NCBI GenBank assembly: GCA_040954595.2
Contig: CM082577.2
Span: forward strand, 1,674,001 to 1,738,000
Direction: 5' to 3'
DNA from: Balanoglossus misakiensis
Lineage: Eukaryota; Animalia; Hemichordata
DNA: 64,000 nucleotides
This document shows, in pieces, positions 40,532-54,200 of the stretch; the first letter of the stretch is position 1; each line of letters opens with the position of its first letter. The notes beneath the pieces were generated by a model. The model had not been told where the DNA came from, did no database searches, and saw only the letters and a list, made by a program, of their open reading frames with translations. A program made the translations under genes and the position numbers.

Positions 40532-43500
40532 ATGGATAAGATGCGCGTTGTGTGTGGCAGCGATTGTATGGGTGAGTGTAGCCTGATTTCTTCCTTTGGA
40601 AATCACAAACTTGTCACCGGAGATTGTGAGTTGCTTTCGACATTTTGACGTGGTATGAGTTGGTTAAACCTGTGATGGGGAAAATGCCCAGGATCATCCT
40701 GACGCAGGGAGGATGGACATGGATGTACATTCCATGCCTGACATAAATATGCAAATTTTATTTCGCGGGAAGACAAGTGAATCCATGAATCCAGCCAAAG
40801 CAACCATACGACAGGATGTCCGATCCATGGACTTTCCTGGCTTTTTTGCTTTCTGTCTCAATTCACGACCGAGACCAGTATAAAAGACGAATAAGCACAC
40901 TCGGAGGCTCAGGGTTTATGGAACGAAGGGAAAGATGCATCGCGCGGCGTGATGATGACTCATACCAACGGACCTCCCCGTGAGGAATGAAATACCGATG
41001 AGCAATAAAACAGCGCTGCTCTTTCATAAATAAATACATCGTTCAAAATCCTCAAAGTTGGCAGAATTTACCCTTCTTTAATTTTTGACGAGTGATTACC
41101 AAGTGAAATCAACCCTTCTTTGAACAAAAAGTATATGACAAGAAAGTTGTCACAATGATCCGTGAGCTACTGAAATTTTGAAAAGCTAGCCCCCCGCGTA
41201 CAGGTCTGTGCATGTGCTCCGGGCGTGAAAAGCATATCAAAGCTTTGTATTGTCTAGAGGAAAGCGTGCATGCGTTTTTCTTCCTTTCCAGATAATTCTC
41301 TTCAAAACATACCCAGTGATGCGGAGTCACCATGGAAACCTGACATTGACGAAGTAATTGGTAGTGGCAGTGATGACAACGAGGTGGCAAATAGTCCCCA
41401 GTTTGTGTCATCTGGCAGAGGAAGTGGCCGTTGCAACCGGAAAATGTCCATCAGAGATCTGAAACTTCCATGTGCTGCCAAGCACTTGCTGCTGGATGAT
41501 GCTCACTATGTCAAGGTCAGTATGATTCTCAACATGCTTTTCAAAATGCTTCCCATGTACATTCAAAATCTCACCATTTCCAACAGTTTGTCTTAAAATA
41601 ATTTACATCAGTCACTTAAGACAAATTTCCGACATTTTTTTCTGGTTTCCAGACAACAAGTGAAAACAACGTGGCTTGCTCAGTTGCTGACCTTTAACAT
41701 TGATAGGAAGCATATATATTTTTGTCTGTCTGACATCCACTGTCTTATTTTATTATCTTTGACAGTCCAATGAAAAAGAAATGTCACAATCATGTGACCC
41801 AATGTTGGGGAGATCTGCCAATATAGGAAAGTCCATAGGCAGAGGAAGAGCTGTTTACGAACAGATGAAAAGACAGCAGGTGAACACTAAACCAAAGAAG
41901 ACATCTCCTTTTGCCCATCATATACCAGCAAAGGTAAATGTTGATTTTTGCAAGTCTGTAGTACCATCGTATCAGAGGGAAAATAAACACATGACTTACT
42001 TAACTTGGAAGAGAAATTCAACTGCTACAGTGGTCATCTCTTTGAAGAAAATTAAATTGAAACATTTGTTGGCTTCCATAGTAAACTGATTTTCATTACC
42101 ATGGTGATGATCCCATGCTTGTGTGTTTCACAAAATGTCTTTTCATGAAATCACTAGGAGGTACCAGCTGATGAACTCAACAAACAGAAGACTAAAAACG
42201 GGCTCTTAAAATGGCCCGAAAAATTCTCACTTGATGTGGAAAAACACAAGGACTTGTTAAAGTTTCACCCCAAGCTTAGCATCGACAGGACAGCTAGAGT
42301 TCGCAGAAGATGTACTGAGCCTCGTGCAAATGAGAAAGCTACAGAAGACGATGTGTCAAAGTATTGCCTGTTCAGTAGTTCCCAGCTATTGGAAGATCAG
42401 ATATCAATTACTAAGTTTGAAAGAACTGGCAGGCGATCTGGATTTTGCCTTTCCCCTTCAAGTGCTCTTGAGACAACCAAGAGCTCTGAAATACCGCCCT
42501 GCTGCCAAAGACACAAAAAAGTTTTTGATGAAATGTGCCACAGGGAATCCAGTGATATGAATAATAACCATCAGATGACGCCCACTGCTGAAACCGAGTG
42601 CAACCACTCTTCGGAGCTCTTGTCAGAATCCATACTTCAAGACAACCTCCAGGAGGGAGGTCCCATCGGAAACAATGCAGCATCTGGTAATGTTATTGTA
42701 CCACAGGAACTCAGATTCAGGTCCTGTGATGTCAGTGCCTTAGGTCTTGGTGTAGAAGGGACAGAGGAAAGAGAGAAAAGTGGCGTAGAGCTTCAAACGA
42801 AAGCCGGAGATGGTGAACAAGATGTCGATGAAGCCAGAGTCTCAGTGCCTGTTTCCGATGCAAACCCCATCACAGTCAGAGCAAGAAAGGTACATAAAGA
42901 CGCCTGTGATACTGCTGGTGAATCTCCAAATCTCTCCACAAAAGAGGTCTGCTCCTACTTTAAGTCTTTCAGAGAAATTGTCTCATCACAGGGTAACCCC
43001 ACAAATCACCTCCAAAAAGACAAGATATTACAAGATCTTCACCAAACTGTTGCCAGAATCAGGGAGCCAGGCTTAGTGCCAGATCCAGAGAAGGTGAGAG
43101 AAAAAGAAGATGAAAAAGTGTGGTTCACTGATGAAAATATGGAGCCATATGCAGATGATTGGGATACCGCTTTGGTAAGTGTAAAGATTCTAATCATTGG
43201 TATTGGAGAAATCTGCTTTTAGTTCACATAGATTTCTTCTGACTCATTGTTGTCAATCTCTTACATGAGGCAAGTCATGTTTGTTATTCTGTAGTGCAAT
43301 ACAAGAGATTTCAAAGAAGTGTTGAAACGGCTCATAGCTATTTTCTAATCCACAGGATGATCTGCTCGTAGATGGCCCTTGTACCCTGGAGATCTACAAT
43401 CTACCAACGGATGTCAAGATGTCAAACGTTTTTGAATATTTGGAAGCATTTGATGATGTACTCGCATGTCAAATTGACAGAAATCCTGACAACCGCAATT

Positions 43501-43913
43501 ATGTCGGTGCTGTGGCACGAATCAGGTTAGAATGTTAATGTATTCGAGTGTTGTTCTTCAATGTCATCTTTGGGCCATGTTTGTGTAGTCTCTGTGAAAA
43601 TGGTCGATATTTAAACATAACAGCATTTTCACATGTCACTTTCATTCTTGCAGGATGACAAGTTCAAAGTCAAGTGAATGGCTGATATCATGTCTTCATG
43701 GCTCAGAATCACCATTTCCTGGTAAGCTGTCACAAATGGCACCAAACCCTAATGATTTCCTGGATCATAAAATCTAACATTAGTCGATGGAAACATTGAA
43801 GAATTTGTCCATCTTTGACATTGTTTCATGATGTAATATATTAACATTCTGTTTTTACAGGTACGTACCCAGAAGACCAAGTACCCCTCCTTGTTTGTAG
43901 TAAATGTTTGTGA
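40532..43913 (+). CDS. Uncharacterised ~579-aa protein, largely disordered, with a C-terminal degenerate RRM-like domain (7 exons)
   Basis: Phase-consistent GT-AG exons 40532-40571, 41292-41515, 41766-41933, 42158-43174, 43356-43525, 43654-43721 and 43861-43913 (1740 nt, open). The C-terminus TLEIYNLPTDVKMSNVFEYLEAFDDVLACQIDRNPDNRNYVGAVARIRMTSSKSSEWLISCLHG fits RRM beta-alpha-beta-beta-alpha spacing. Confidence 0.8.
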
Positions 43914-46900
43914 TCTCATTGCGATGAGCAAGAGATTGTAGTCTTCTGATGTCCAGATGGAACATGCATTGAAAACGTACATCTCAACAAATATAACCAC
44001 TGACATAAGAGGATATTGTGATTAAAGGGACAAAGTCTCTCTTTTTTCATGTCAAAATCCATTAAATATGTACTCCAAATCAATAAGTAGCTCATATGAT
44101 GACAACACATGGCTTGAAGAATACCACGAACCAGCGGCCTGTGTGTGTTACGGTTCTAATGATCAAAAACGAACGTACAGAACCAGATGCCGACTTCAGC
44201 ATAGCAATCTCAGTTTACTCTGGCTAATTATATTGGAGTTCTTATCAGTGTTTTGAGACGCTTAAATGATACCCGTTGTATTACGGTGCAATTATCCCCA
44301 AATAGTTCCAATCGTGTTAAAGGAAGTCATCAAAAGGAGGATGTAGTGTTCATGAGAGCTTTTGGAGAATGGAGACTGTACTTGGCCAAAATAAGATGCC
44401 TTCCACATCTCCTGTACAGGATCTTCTCTCACACTCTGGCGTTTCATAACTGTCCTTTTCTCCAGATTGGTCGAGAAACATACTGATCATACCACTCCAT
44501 AGGTCAAATATACAGTGTTAACATGGCCAGTTGCAAAGACAGTCACAAAACAATGCAGAGCAGCACAAAGAAAGAACTCAAGAAATTTTGAACTGAGAGT
44601 TTAAACTCAATTCTCTGCATTTTCTGTACCCAGTACTAATGTTTCAGAATTTTCATTTTTTGTATTTTAATAATTACTTTGTTTTTCTTTAGCCTATAGT
44701 AATGTTTCAGAAATTTTGTCATTTGTTCTTGGAATTTGATAATAATATAAGTAGTCTTGTGTTCAGATTTTACAGATTTTGCCTCTTTGTTTCAATCTTC
44801 TTGCAGAGTCTGTGTGTACTAATTCAATGATTATTGCAAAATAAAATTTTAAAAATGTGCATTGGTTGTGTATGCTTTATGCAAAGATTGTATTTCTCAT
44901 GTTGCTGATGTTCTTCTGGTCATTAAAAAAAGCTATATTGCTGATGGTAGATTTCAAATTTTCTTTTGATGAAAGAGCCCCGCAAATTTCATCAAACCTC
45001 CATGCATGGTCGACCAATCAAAATGTTGCCAAAGCGTAAAAATTGCAGATTGGGACAGTTGAAGTCTAGACGGTATTAATTACGATGGTAATGATGAAGA
45101 ACGTAATTTCAGTAAACATGATAGGCTACCATGTAAAGATAAATCGCCCTTGAAACTAAAAACCTCCCAGCTCATTTCTATAAAATACGTGCATTGGTTC
45201 TATACAAAAGACTTCACTCAACCTAATTCTCAGGAGAACTATGAACGATTTTAATTATGCATCCATGGAAGCATCCTCCACAAAGGAAAATATTATTATC
45301 AAATGATGATATGGGCAACTGTTGCATAGGCAACAGTTTTCTGCCATGTCGGGTTCGATAAGCTCCTTGCGACCTAGCCAGGGAAAAGGCCGGTGGAATC
45401 AACGCGTTACTCAACTTATACTTGAGTCTGATGTGTGGTATAGAAGAGATGATTAACTTCATATCGTTGGTAACCTGTCACAGTAATTCAAACGCTAGTA
45501 AGTTCACTGTCATTATCACTAACCTTTTATCTATGCCTCGATGAGCAGCCCACTTACGAGACAGTCTTGAAACAATCGTCCACCATCAGAGTCTGTTTTC
45601 TGCCCCGCGAAGTTTGCTTGTTATGCAGGTAATTAAACGACAGAGTCTTACTTTACCGGACGCATAACCCCAGAATAATCGGCGATCACCTGAAACACCC
45701 CATACTGCCTGCGCTGTTACTATGGCAGCCGGGTATCGCGACTTTGCTATAGCAACAATAACATTCTTAATCAGCATCGTTGGAAAACTGATGAAGTATG
45801 GCCAATTAAATCCAGGGCAATCTAATTTTCATTTCCCGGGTTAAGTTGATGGATTTCTCGATTGAATAGTGGCATATATATGAACTCAGCTGGGCTTCTA
45901 GTAATATCCACGTCCTAAAGGTTATCAATAATTATATTAACTTGTTTGTGCATTTGCAAATTTGCCATATTGATTGTGCGATGTGGCCTACGCATGGAGA
46001 CACTCAATACATGGTCACTTCACGTGACCTTATTGGTATTTCATACACAAAGTACGCACCAGAGACAAAGTTTTAGGAGACATTGGAATAGATGTTATAA
46101 TAAGAATAGGCCTACTAGTAGTACTAGGGCTGCTATATTGTCAGAATGTTTCGTGATAAGATGTTTCGTGACAAATGCGACTGACAGAAAATATCACCAC
46201 GGACCAGCGTTGCCCTTGCCGACTGAGTGGTAACATTTCCGAGTGACAGCGTGAGATTTTTATTACTCACCATGGAAACCACCAACCATGCGCGTCTGTG
46301 CAACCCGGGTATTAACTCTAAAGGGCGCCCCCACAGAGCCGACTGAAAGCTTAAGCAATTCGATTCAAGATTATATTTACACACAATACAATTATTATTG
46401 AATTTTTTGCACTGTCATCGTCACCCCCGTCTGAGATCGAGTCATCCATGTTAAATCCATGTTTTTCACACAAGTACAAGATTTAAATATAAAAAAATGA
46501 TGCTCCGTCATTCAAAGCTACATAACTGTGCGAAAATCTTCCTATGAAATATTTTTTGGAAACCCGTAAAGTAATTAATCTCGAACGGACTGAATGTAAT
46601 CAGGTGATGTTGATACGCATAACTTGTACGTGCTTCTATAGGTAACGACACCACACAAAACAGTAAAAAAAAATTATGATGTTATGCCCCTGTTACTTTC
46701 AGCTATTCGGTATTTTTTTCGCAGTTTCTCGATACACGGAACAAAAATACAGGAAAATGTCAAAGATTGCGCTAGTGTCGCGTGGAGTAAAGAATTGCTT
46801 GATGACGTAGGCCATGAAATGCACCAATTGATCAGTTTATTGCATACTGCTTTCAAAAGAGTACCTCGTGGTCACTGAGAAAACACCGAACATTGCGTCA

Positions 46901-47551
46901 GTCTCGACTTAATTGGTTGTCCAATTAAGTGCTTTATCGTGTCGCTAATTCGGACAAATAAAACGTGAACACTTTCATGATGGCGATGTCCGGATGATAC
47001 TCTCTGCCGTAAAAGAGTAATCTGCCACTTCAGATTCTTATCTGTGTAATTGTCTGCAAGCAGACTTTCTCCCCACGGGGTGAGATTTTTCGTATCGGCA
47101 TTTCAAATCCTCTCACCCGCCTGTCTCCATGGAGACGTGAGCGCACATTGAAACGCACAGTCCAGATCTTTATCGGTATTGGCGGTAAAATGTTCACGTT
47201 ATGATAACTTCGCTCGGATATATTACTTATATGTGAAAATATCATAATAGATTTTCCCACTTCGCAAATGCGAATGACAAGTAAGTGTGTGTCTCAACAC
47301 AAGGCAACGTTGTCTGCAAATGTGTATTGCAATATATGTCAATCAAAGCACGCGTGCGTTCGGTGCCAACTTCACTTGAGGGAATTATTAAGACAAATTC
47401 CAGTAGCGCTAGATGCGCGTTGGAACTGAAACATGATATTAAATGTAAAGCTGTATGTTCTGTCGAGTAAATGGGTTATAAGTATCATTTTCCCAATTGC
47501 TTCACAATAATAGGACTTTCCCCCCTAATGGAATCGATTATAAAATGAACA

Positions 47552-48202
47552 TCAGCGAAAATCGAGGGAAGTATAAAAAACGTGTAATAAAATGCACGGT
47601 AAGATCAGACCCACGTCAACGTGGGGAACCCGTGATTTGTTTTCAACGTAACTGTCTGGATCGAACGTAAAGCAGTCCGACGAATTCAGTTTGTGGACTC
47701 TAAACTTCCTAGCGACGCAAAATTCCCGGCCGGTCGTGTACATGTCGCCGATGCGCTGTCCCTTCAGGCTGGCATCGGCGCACGCGTGGTACATGTTGTC
47801 GCAGAAATCCTCGCAAACGGTCAGCGTCTCCAGCTTGTAGAACTTGTGCTGCATCGGCGAGCACACGTAGCACATGAGAAAGTTGAGAAACTTGACGCAG
47901 CGCTCGTCGGCGCCGTAGGGCGGCGGGATCCCGTCGAAGATCATCTCGATCTCCTCTTGGTGGCAACAGGAATAGTCCATGTACCAGGTGCAGTTCTTCA
48001 GGTACGGTTCCTTCCTCGGCGAGCGGTTGGCGAAGTACGGACAGAACGGTTCTTTGGAATCCTTCTCCTCCGTTTTTTCGTCCAGGCTGCTGTACATACC
48101 GCTGTTACTACAGACTGCGCTAGGACACTGCCATGAACATACGGTTACCAACAGCAGACAAACCCCCGTCCCGCGGGACGTCCATTTGGATGACGTCATC
48201 AA
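47552..48202 (-). CDS. Folate-receptor/riboflavin-binding-protein family Cys-rich protein, probably secreted and GPI- or membrane-anchored, single coding exon, 216 aa
   Basis: Signal-peptide-like VCLLLVTVCSW. Folate_rec cysteine pattern (CPYF..P, NCTWY..SCC, C..FL..LMC..CSP, VCEDFC...YHAC, EFC, CF). Hydrophobic C-terminal tail VGLILPCILLHVF. GC3-rich coding. Confidence 0.85.
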   Translation of the reverse strand: MMTSSKWTSRGTGVCLLLVTVCSWQCPSAVCSNSGMYSSLDEKTEEKDSKEPFCPYFANRSPRKEPYLKNCTWYMDYSCCHQEEIEMIFDGIPPPYGADERCVKFLNFLMCYVCSPMQHKFYKLETLTVCEDFCDNMYHACADASLKGQRIGDMYTTGREFCVARKFRVHKLNSSDCFTFDPDSYVENKSRVPHVDVGLILPCILLHVFYTSLDFR

Positions 48203-51200
48203 GCACGACGAAGTTCTCCACTTTCCCCCCGGGCTTGGCTGTGTTATACACTGCAGCTAAAATATCGCCATCCACAAAGGCGATCTGAGAGCAGAACTGG
48301 CCAGTGTCACAAAAATGTGACACTAAATTTCGATGCTATCTGGTCAATTTGAGTTGCAGACATCACGGCATTCCTTTTTTTCCGTACAAGGACAATCCAC
48401 GTTTCCCCAGCTAGGACGGCCGTCATGGAGAGGCGACTGAAGATACTGTAGATTGAATCAGAAAGTCTCACAAATAGATCTCCACGACGAGGTCAAGGGT
48501 CAATGTTTGTAGTAGCTCATCAACCAAAAAAGCGAGCTTTTCCCAACGCAAACGACGGACTTGCGGTTTAGAATCCGCCGAAAGTGTTCTGATTCGTGTC
48601 GACTAATCCGCGAGAGTTAGTACGAAAATCCCACAAGGACCGCGGCTGCTTTAAAAATAGATCGCACCCTAAAAATAGAACGCGCAGAATCTCCGAAGGA
48701 CGAGTGACAACTCCCTCGGGACGACACCTGCGTTTTCGATGATGTATGGCGGCCAGAGAAAAAGTGAACAGTGCGGTCTATTCAAATGTCAACCCAGAGC
48801 GCCAACATCCATCACCTGATCACAAGGCACGCAAGAGGAGATAATAGGTGTGAAACGAAAGTCTAGTAACATCTCCAAGCTAGAGTCTTTCTTCACACAT
48901 TCTTTCTGCAGGCGTTCTCAGTGAATTCGCGCACACCTAGCAACACGAGATGGGCGGACAGGTATCTGAGTCCGCGTCCTTGTTTTTCCACTGTTGCCAA
49001 TATACGTGGTTTTCTCCCATGATCCTAGCAATGGTAACCAACGTCGAGACTACTGTAAATTCTACGCAACGTCGACGCTCTCAGGCAAACTGAATAACCC
49101 ACGGACGTCAACATACACACACGTCGCACGTTTCATCCGAATGAAACTAGCATATAGGATCGGGATGCTGTCACGCGTTCATACGATGTATTCTCTCGTT
49201 CCTGTTCGTCGACTGCAGACTGTGCCTGTTTTTACCCAGCTACTACGAGCTAGGCCGCTTCACGTTCCGACCCTCGTGTCCCAAATCTCAGATATTTACC
49301 TGTGGATCTCACTTTATCACTTCAGCCGCCGACTCTTCCCATCGCGTCTCTCCGACACCTCCACTGCACGCAACTGTTCACGCAATTGCCATGCATTCAA
49401 CGTCATACACGCGAAGCTAGTGACGAGAGAACGATGTTCTGATTGTAATATCACGCGGTATATAGCACTAGTATTACTGCACTCCGGGGAACACGGAAAC
49501 TTGGAAAGAGATTGATACTGAAATAATCTAACCGACAAGCAAACCCGTAAATCCGTTGTTGGCTCGTTGAAAGATTGGGAAAATATAGCGCTGCTATTGT
49601 CGGTAGTCTGATGGATTTATTACCTGCGACTGACTAGCGGTAAGACCCCTTTGCCCTAATTTCCTTCGTAGGTTTCTGTGTGGTGAGTATGCATCACCCT
49701 AATACCGTCTGCAGCCCGATACAGGTAAACCACCAACTACTTTAGCTACACGCTTGGAACTGACTGACAAAATGCGAGTATACAAGTACATGAAATTTCC
49801 TTGGAAGACCGACCGTAGCTACTAGTTTCACTGAGAACCACGCTGCATGTCATGGGAGAAATTGTCATATGCAAACTCGAAGTTGAGAACAATTCTGACG
49901 CCAGGCCTTGGGATTGGCTTTCGTTTGCCTCATGGATAATTCCAATAGAGCAATATGCTGTGCTTGTACTTACTGCGCACGGTTCAAGGTCAAGATCAAA
50001 CCTGCAAGGGGTGGTGCCGCGAGAAATGACGAAGCAACTGATAGCTAGACACGTCGAAACGCATATACAGCCATTGGAAACCGCACGCCGTTTGTCGTGT
50101 CAGCATCTCAGATGAGAAAGCGTTGTAATCATGGACGCCCGCTATGAGTTGAACGTACGTTCGCGGTCGATATCCAGTAACCACGGCAACTCACGCGCCA
50201 ATGACCACGCGTCTGGACTTCTTTACAACGCAATTTTCGCCAGGATGCGAGGAAGATTCTCGGCTTTTCTACCAAACGTGTTTCGACTTAAATATGTTGT
50301 TTCTAGTACTATACCTTGTAAACCCACGGCCTCAACTCACGTCCTACACAACTTGAGGGCACAACACGTGACGACACATTTTTTTGTATGGAGGAGTTCG
50401 TGTGTTCTGGTGTGTGTGTGTAACGAGCGGCGACAACCGGAGTCTGACTCTACTACATATCCTATTACATATCAAAAGAAGCTGGGAAAAATAATGTTAA
50501 AAATTAGGCGACTTTGCCCCTTTTAACCCGCCACAATGTAAAACATACAGTGTACACATGATTCAAATACCAGTACAATAACACGTCAATACGTGATAAT
50601 CCAGCGATGGTGCTATTACAATTAATGCGAAACGATGTCACTGAATTGCGAGAATCGAATAAAAAATAAAAATGGTTTCATCGATCAGCAAATCTGAACC
50701 CATTCATTATTCACAATTAGCGACGCGTACAATTTACGTGAGCATGCGTCTTGAATAAAAGTAAATGTTGCTAGTTTATCGCTTGGCTTTTTAAAAATAT
50801 TTTCAGCTATGTAATTACAACTGTGCGTTTTGGATAATTTATTTGCTCAATTAGCCTGCAAACACTTACGTTGTTACGTTGGAAACTAACAGTGCCAAAA
50901 TAGGCATATTTGACTTTTTCAAAGTCAGTTGATAGCTCCGATAAAATGAAGTTTTTCCCATTTCTTCAATATTTAAAACGCGTTCTCCGTTTACATTGCT
51001 TTGCTCGATCAATAATCCTAAATCGATCAGCAGACTTCAGATTTTGTATGCGCGTGCGCGCCACAGCATCACCAAATCCAAGCACACTGAACCATTTTGT
51101 GATAAGTATGAATATTCAGATCGGTAAAAAAAATGTTCCACGAGTTCTAAATCATACCCATCTCCATGGATACATCATTTACCGCGGCACTTGGTTAATC

Positions 51201-54200
51201 ACAATTTCGCGTTTTAGAGAAACGCGATAATTAGGGCCACCATCAGCTTTCATGGGCGAGCAAATTTATTTGATCTCCATTAGTAGATTTAACGGTGCAA
51301 TAAGTGTGTATGCGGGAAACGTTATAGACGAAGTTAACTCGCAAAAGTAATTTGTTTCACTTTGTGATGACTTCGTTTATGACCAATAATGTTTCCACAG
51401 AATCTATGACGCCGTGTCATAAAAAACACTCTCTTTAGAGACCGCTTCACCAAGGTGGTTCCATAAACTGTCCGCCGCAAGTGTCGGGGAAAATAAAACC
51501 CTTTCATTTGTCTAGCCTGTACCATGCACGTGATAATCGATCAACCAATCATCGGTTTTTGTCTCAGGACACTCTTCACTTGTTTTTACTTTTTTGTTTT
51601 CGTAGTCATTTGGTGTGTGGCACTCAGTCGAATGATTGATCACACACCGGCACACGAAAACATGCTCATCAGTCATAGGAATAAAATTCTAATCACATGT
51701 ATGTCTTCATAATTGAATTCTGGGGTAACATCTGCTCGGAAACTGGAAGAAAGTTGAATCCAAAGGCTCTGACGTACTTTGTCAATTCATGCATGGCCTT
51801 TGTGTAAATCCATAAATGAACCTTAATGGTCCGTTGGTGGTCCATTACTGGAAAAATGTTAACATTGGTGCGTTATCCATAAATCATGTGTTATAATAAC
51901 ATTTCACAATACTCGTTTTCCTCGTTCAACCTGAAGTGACATTAGCACGTGCGGAGGCCTGGTTGGTGATTTACATATTTAGATTGCGACTACTGATTTG
52001 AACTTGAAGTAAAACCAGACAGTATCTACGTTTTTCCTATTGGACATGTTCGCAAAGCTTTGCATAAAAACGGACATATTTTCCACCAGCCCTCTCACCT
52101 CGCTGTCAATGGTCGTCCCCTTGCTTCTTGTTTTGATTAATTTTAGCGAGAGATAAGATATTCCACAAAGTGCTGCCCAGACAGACATCAGCGATAACAT
52201 TGCTGATATATGCGATGTGAAGATGCCTAGATTTTCCAATATCAAAGTTTCCAACTCAAGCCAATTACGCAAGTCTAGCAGAACACGACACCCAAGAGAG
52301 AGGTTAAAGCAGAGCAGACTAGGAAGCGGCTTTACACCCTAAAGAATGAATTTCCCCCCGAAGGATTGTCTATCATCGCTAGATATGACTGTTATGAATT
52401 CACCATCAGTAGCTGACAATAAACCACTTTTAATGCTGACTTAGAGTCTAGTCTGAAGCGTTTTTACGAGATAAGCAACAAGAGTAAAATTATTTTATGA
52501 AATAAAGCTAAGACTAGACATGGAGCTAAATAAACGGTGATGTCAAAATGCTTTGGTTACTTTTCGATGGTTTTGATGAAATAGATCGAGTCACTTACAG
52601 AGAGACGGGGAGAGGAGGGACAGGGTGGTAGGCAAGTTTAGTCTGGAGCTGGATAAAGCAAAATGAAAGTTCAAAGCAATAAAACGAAGCGAGATATATC
52701 ATGACAAGAAAATGCAATGGACGATATGCATGATGATGAATTCAGGCAGTTATTTATTTCCCGGTTGTGAAAGCATTTTCTATGAAGACCCTTAGCACTC
52801 CAGTTGAATTCCCTTGTTGCTTGGGCCAACACTCGGCTGAAAATTGCACGCATTATTACGTGAGCATGCTTCAAAGGTTGCAGTACCTTCGACAGTAATT
52901 TTGGAAACTTTGACAAAACTGAACACATACATCACCTGGGGATTGTGACAGAACTGCATGTGTGATATATTATGTACAGCAACGCATGAAGGATTGATGC
53001 ATGAGCACCATGATCGTTCACAGATAAGTAGCGTGGTATTAAAGCCGAAGATGATGACTTTGAGTAACGAGGGATATTCAGGGCGCAAGGAGATTCTTAT
53101 CTGTCACTTTGGAAGGGGGCGATGCACCAAGAGACAAGAAGGTTTTAGCACGGTGATGGAAGGGGACTGCAGTTTGACCCTCGCTTCTCCTGACCGGTAC
53201 GGCACAGTACGTGAATAGCTCGTCTTATTTCTATCTGAGTATCTATTGTACTGGAAAAATTGTGGTTCTCTTTGCTACTTTTGTTTCCAGCATTAAAACC
53301 ATGTTCTGGAGTGACCCTTGCGGCAATCCTGATTTCATTGTACAGAGAGCTTTCTAAGAGGCAGATAAATGAAAGGAATGTTTAATACTGCACTGTTAGA
53401 GTCATTTGTGTGGCTGCTAGTACCATTCTTTCTAAACATGTATAAGTGCAAATCCACAGATGGTTCATATTCAGTTCATGTTCCATCTGTATTTACCTAT
53501 AAGACAATGAAATACAGGGAATACTGGGACCAAACAATTGCAGTCTGGTCCAAATCAACTGTGTTCCCATGATTCCAAGCAGAGTTCCGTGTTTAAGAAT
53601 TTCACGCACTTGCCAAGGCGGTGCAGAACAAACAGCCAAATGATATAGTACACAGATATCAAAACACACAATTTGACATTTTGAAGAGCGCATGTTATTT
53701 GTTCTATCACAGTCGATCTCGCACTTCACATACATCACTGTCACGGCGCGAGGCAGCTGTCTAAGCTCAAAACTAATGAGTCGGGTTTCACCGCGCTCCA
53801 CTTTCTTTTATCAGCAAGAAAACGAACAAATGCACCTGATGTACAAATAAAATACACAAGTTTTATTTTACAAGTCACTCCACTGTTATGTACATATTTG
53901 CAGATATATTATACAAAAGATACGACCGTCACACGCATGCCACGAGGGCTTGTGATTTATGCGTCGAAAGTAATTTGATCTTCATGAAATATGAATTATT
54001 TACAATTGCAGTGTGGTTTGGGGAATTGTACTGTAAATTGAAGCGCTACTTTATTAGCAATCAGGAAAAACCAACGCGTATAATGATATCTCCTTTTCAT
54101 AATTTTGAAAGTTGTAGAACAAAATTGTTTGACCTGTGACAGAGCTGAGTGTACAATGAGAAAATGACCAGAGGGAGTTTTTTTATGTAAAAATAGGAAA

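Noticed and set aside
40940-41010. GTGATGA C-box-like motif in intron 1 of the RRM-like gene (possible snoRNA)
   Set aside because: No properly placed CTGA D box or terminal stem.
47693-48260. Overlapping ORFs across the folate-receptor-family gene
   Set aside because: Antisense and alternative-frame shadows of a GC-rich CDS.
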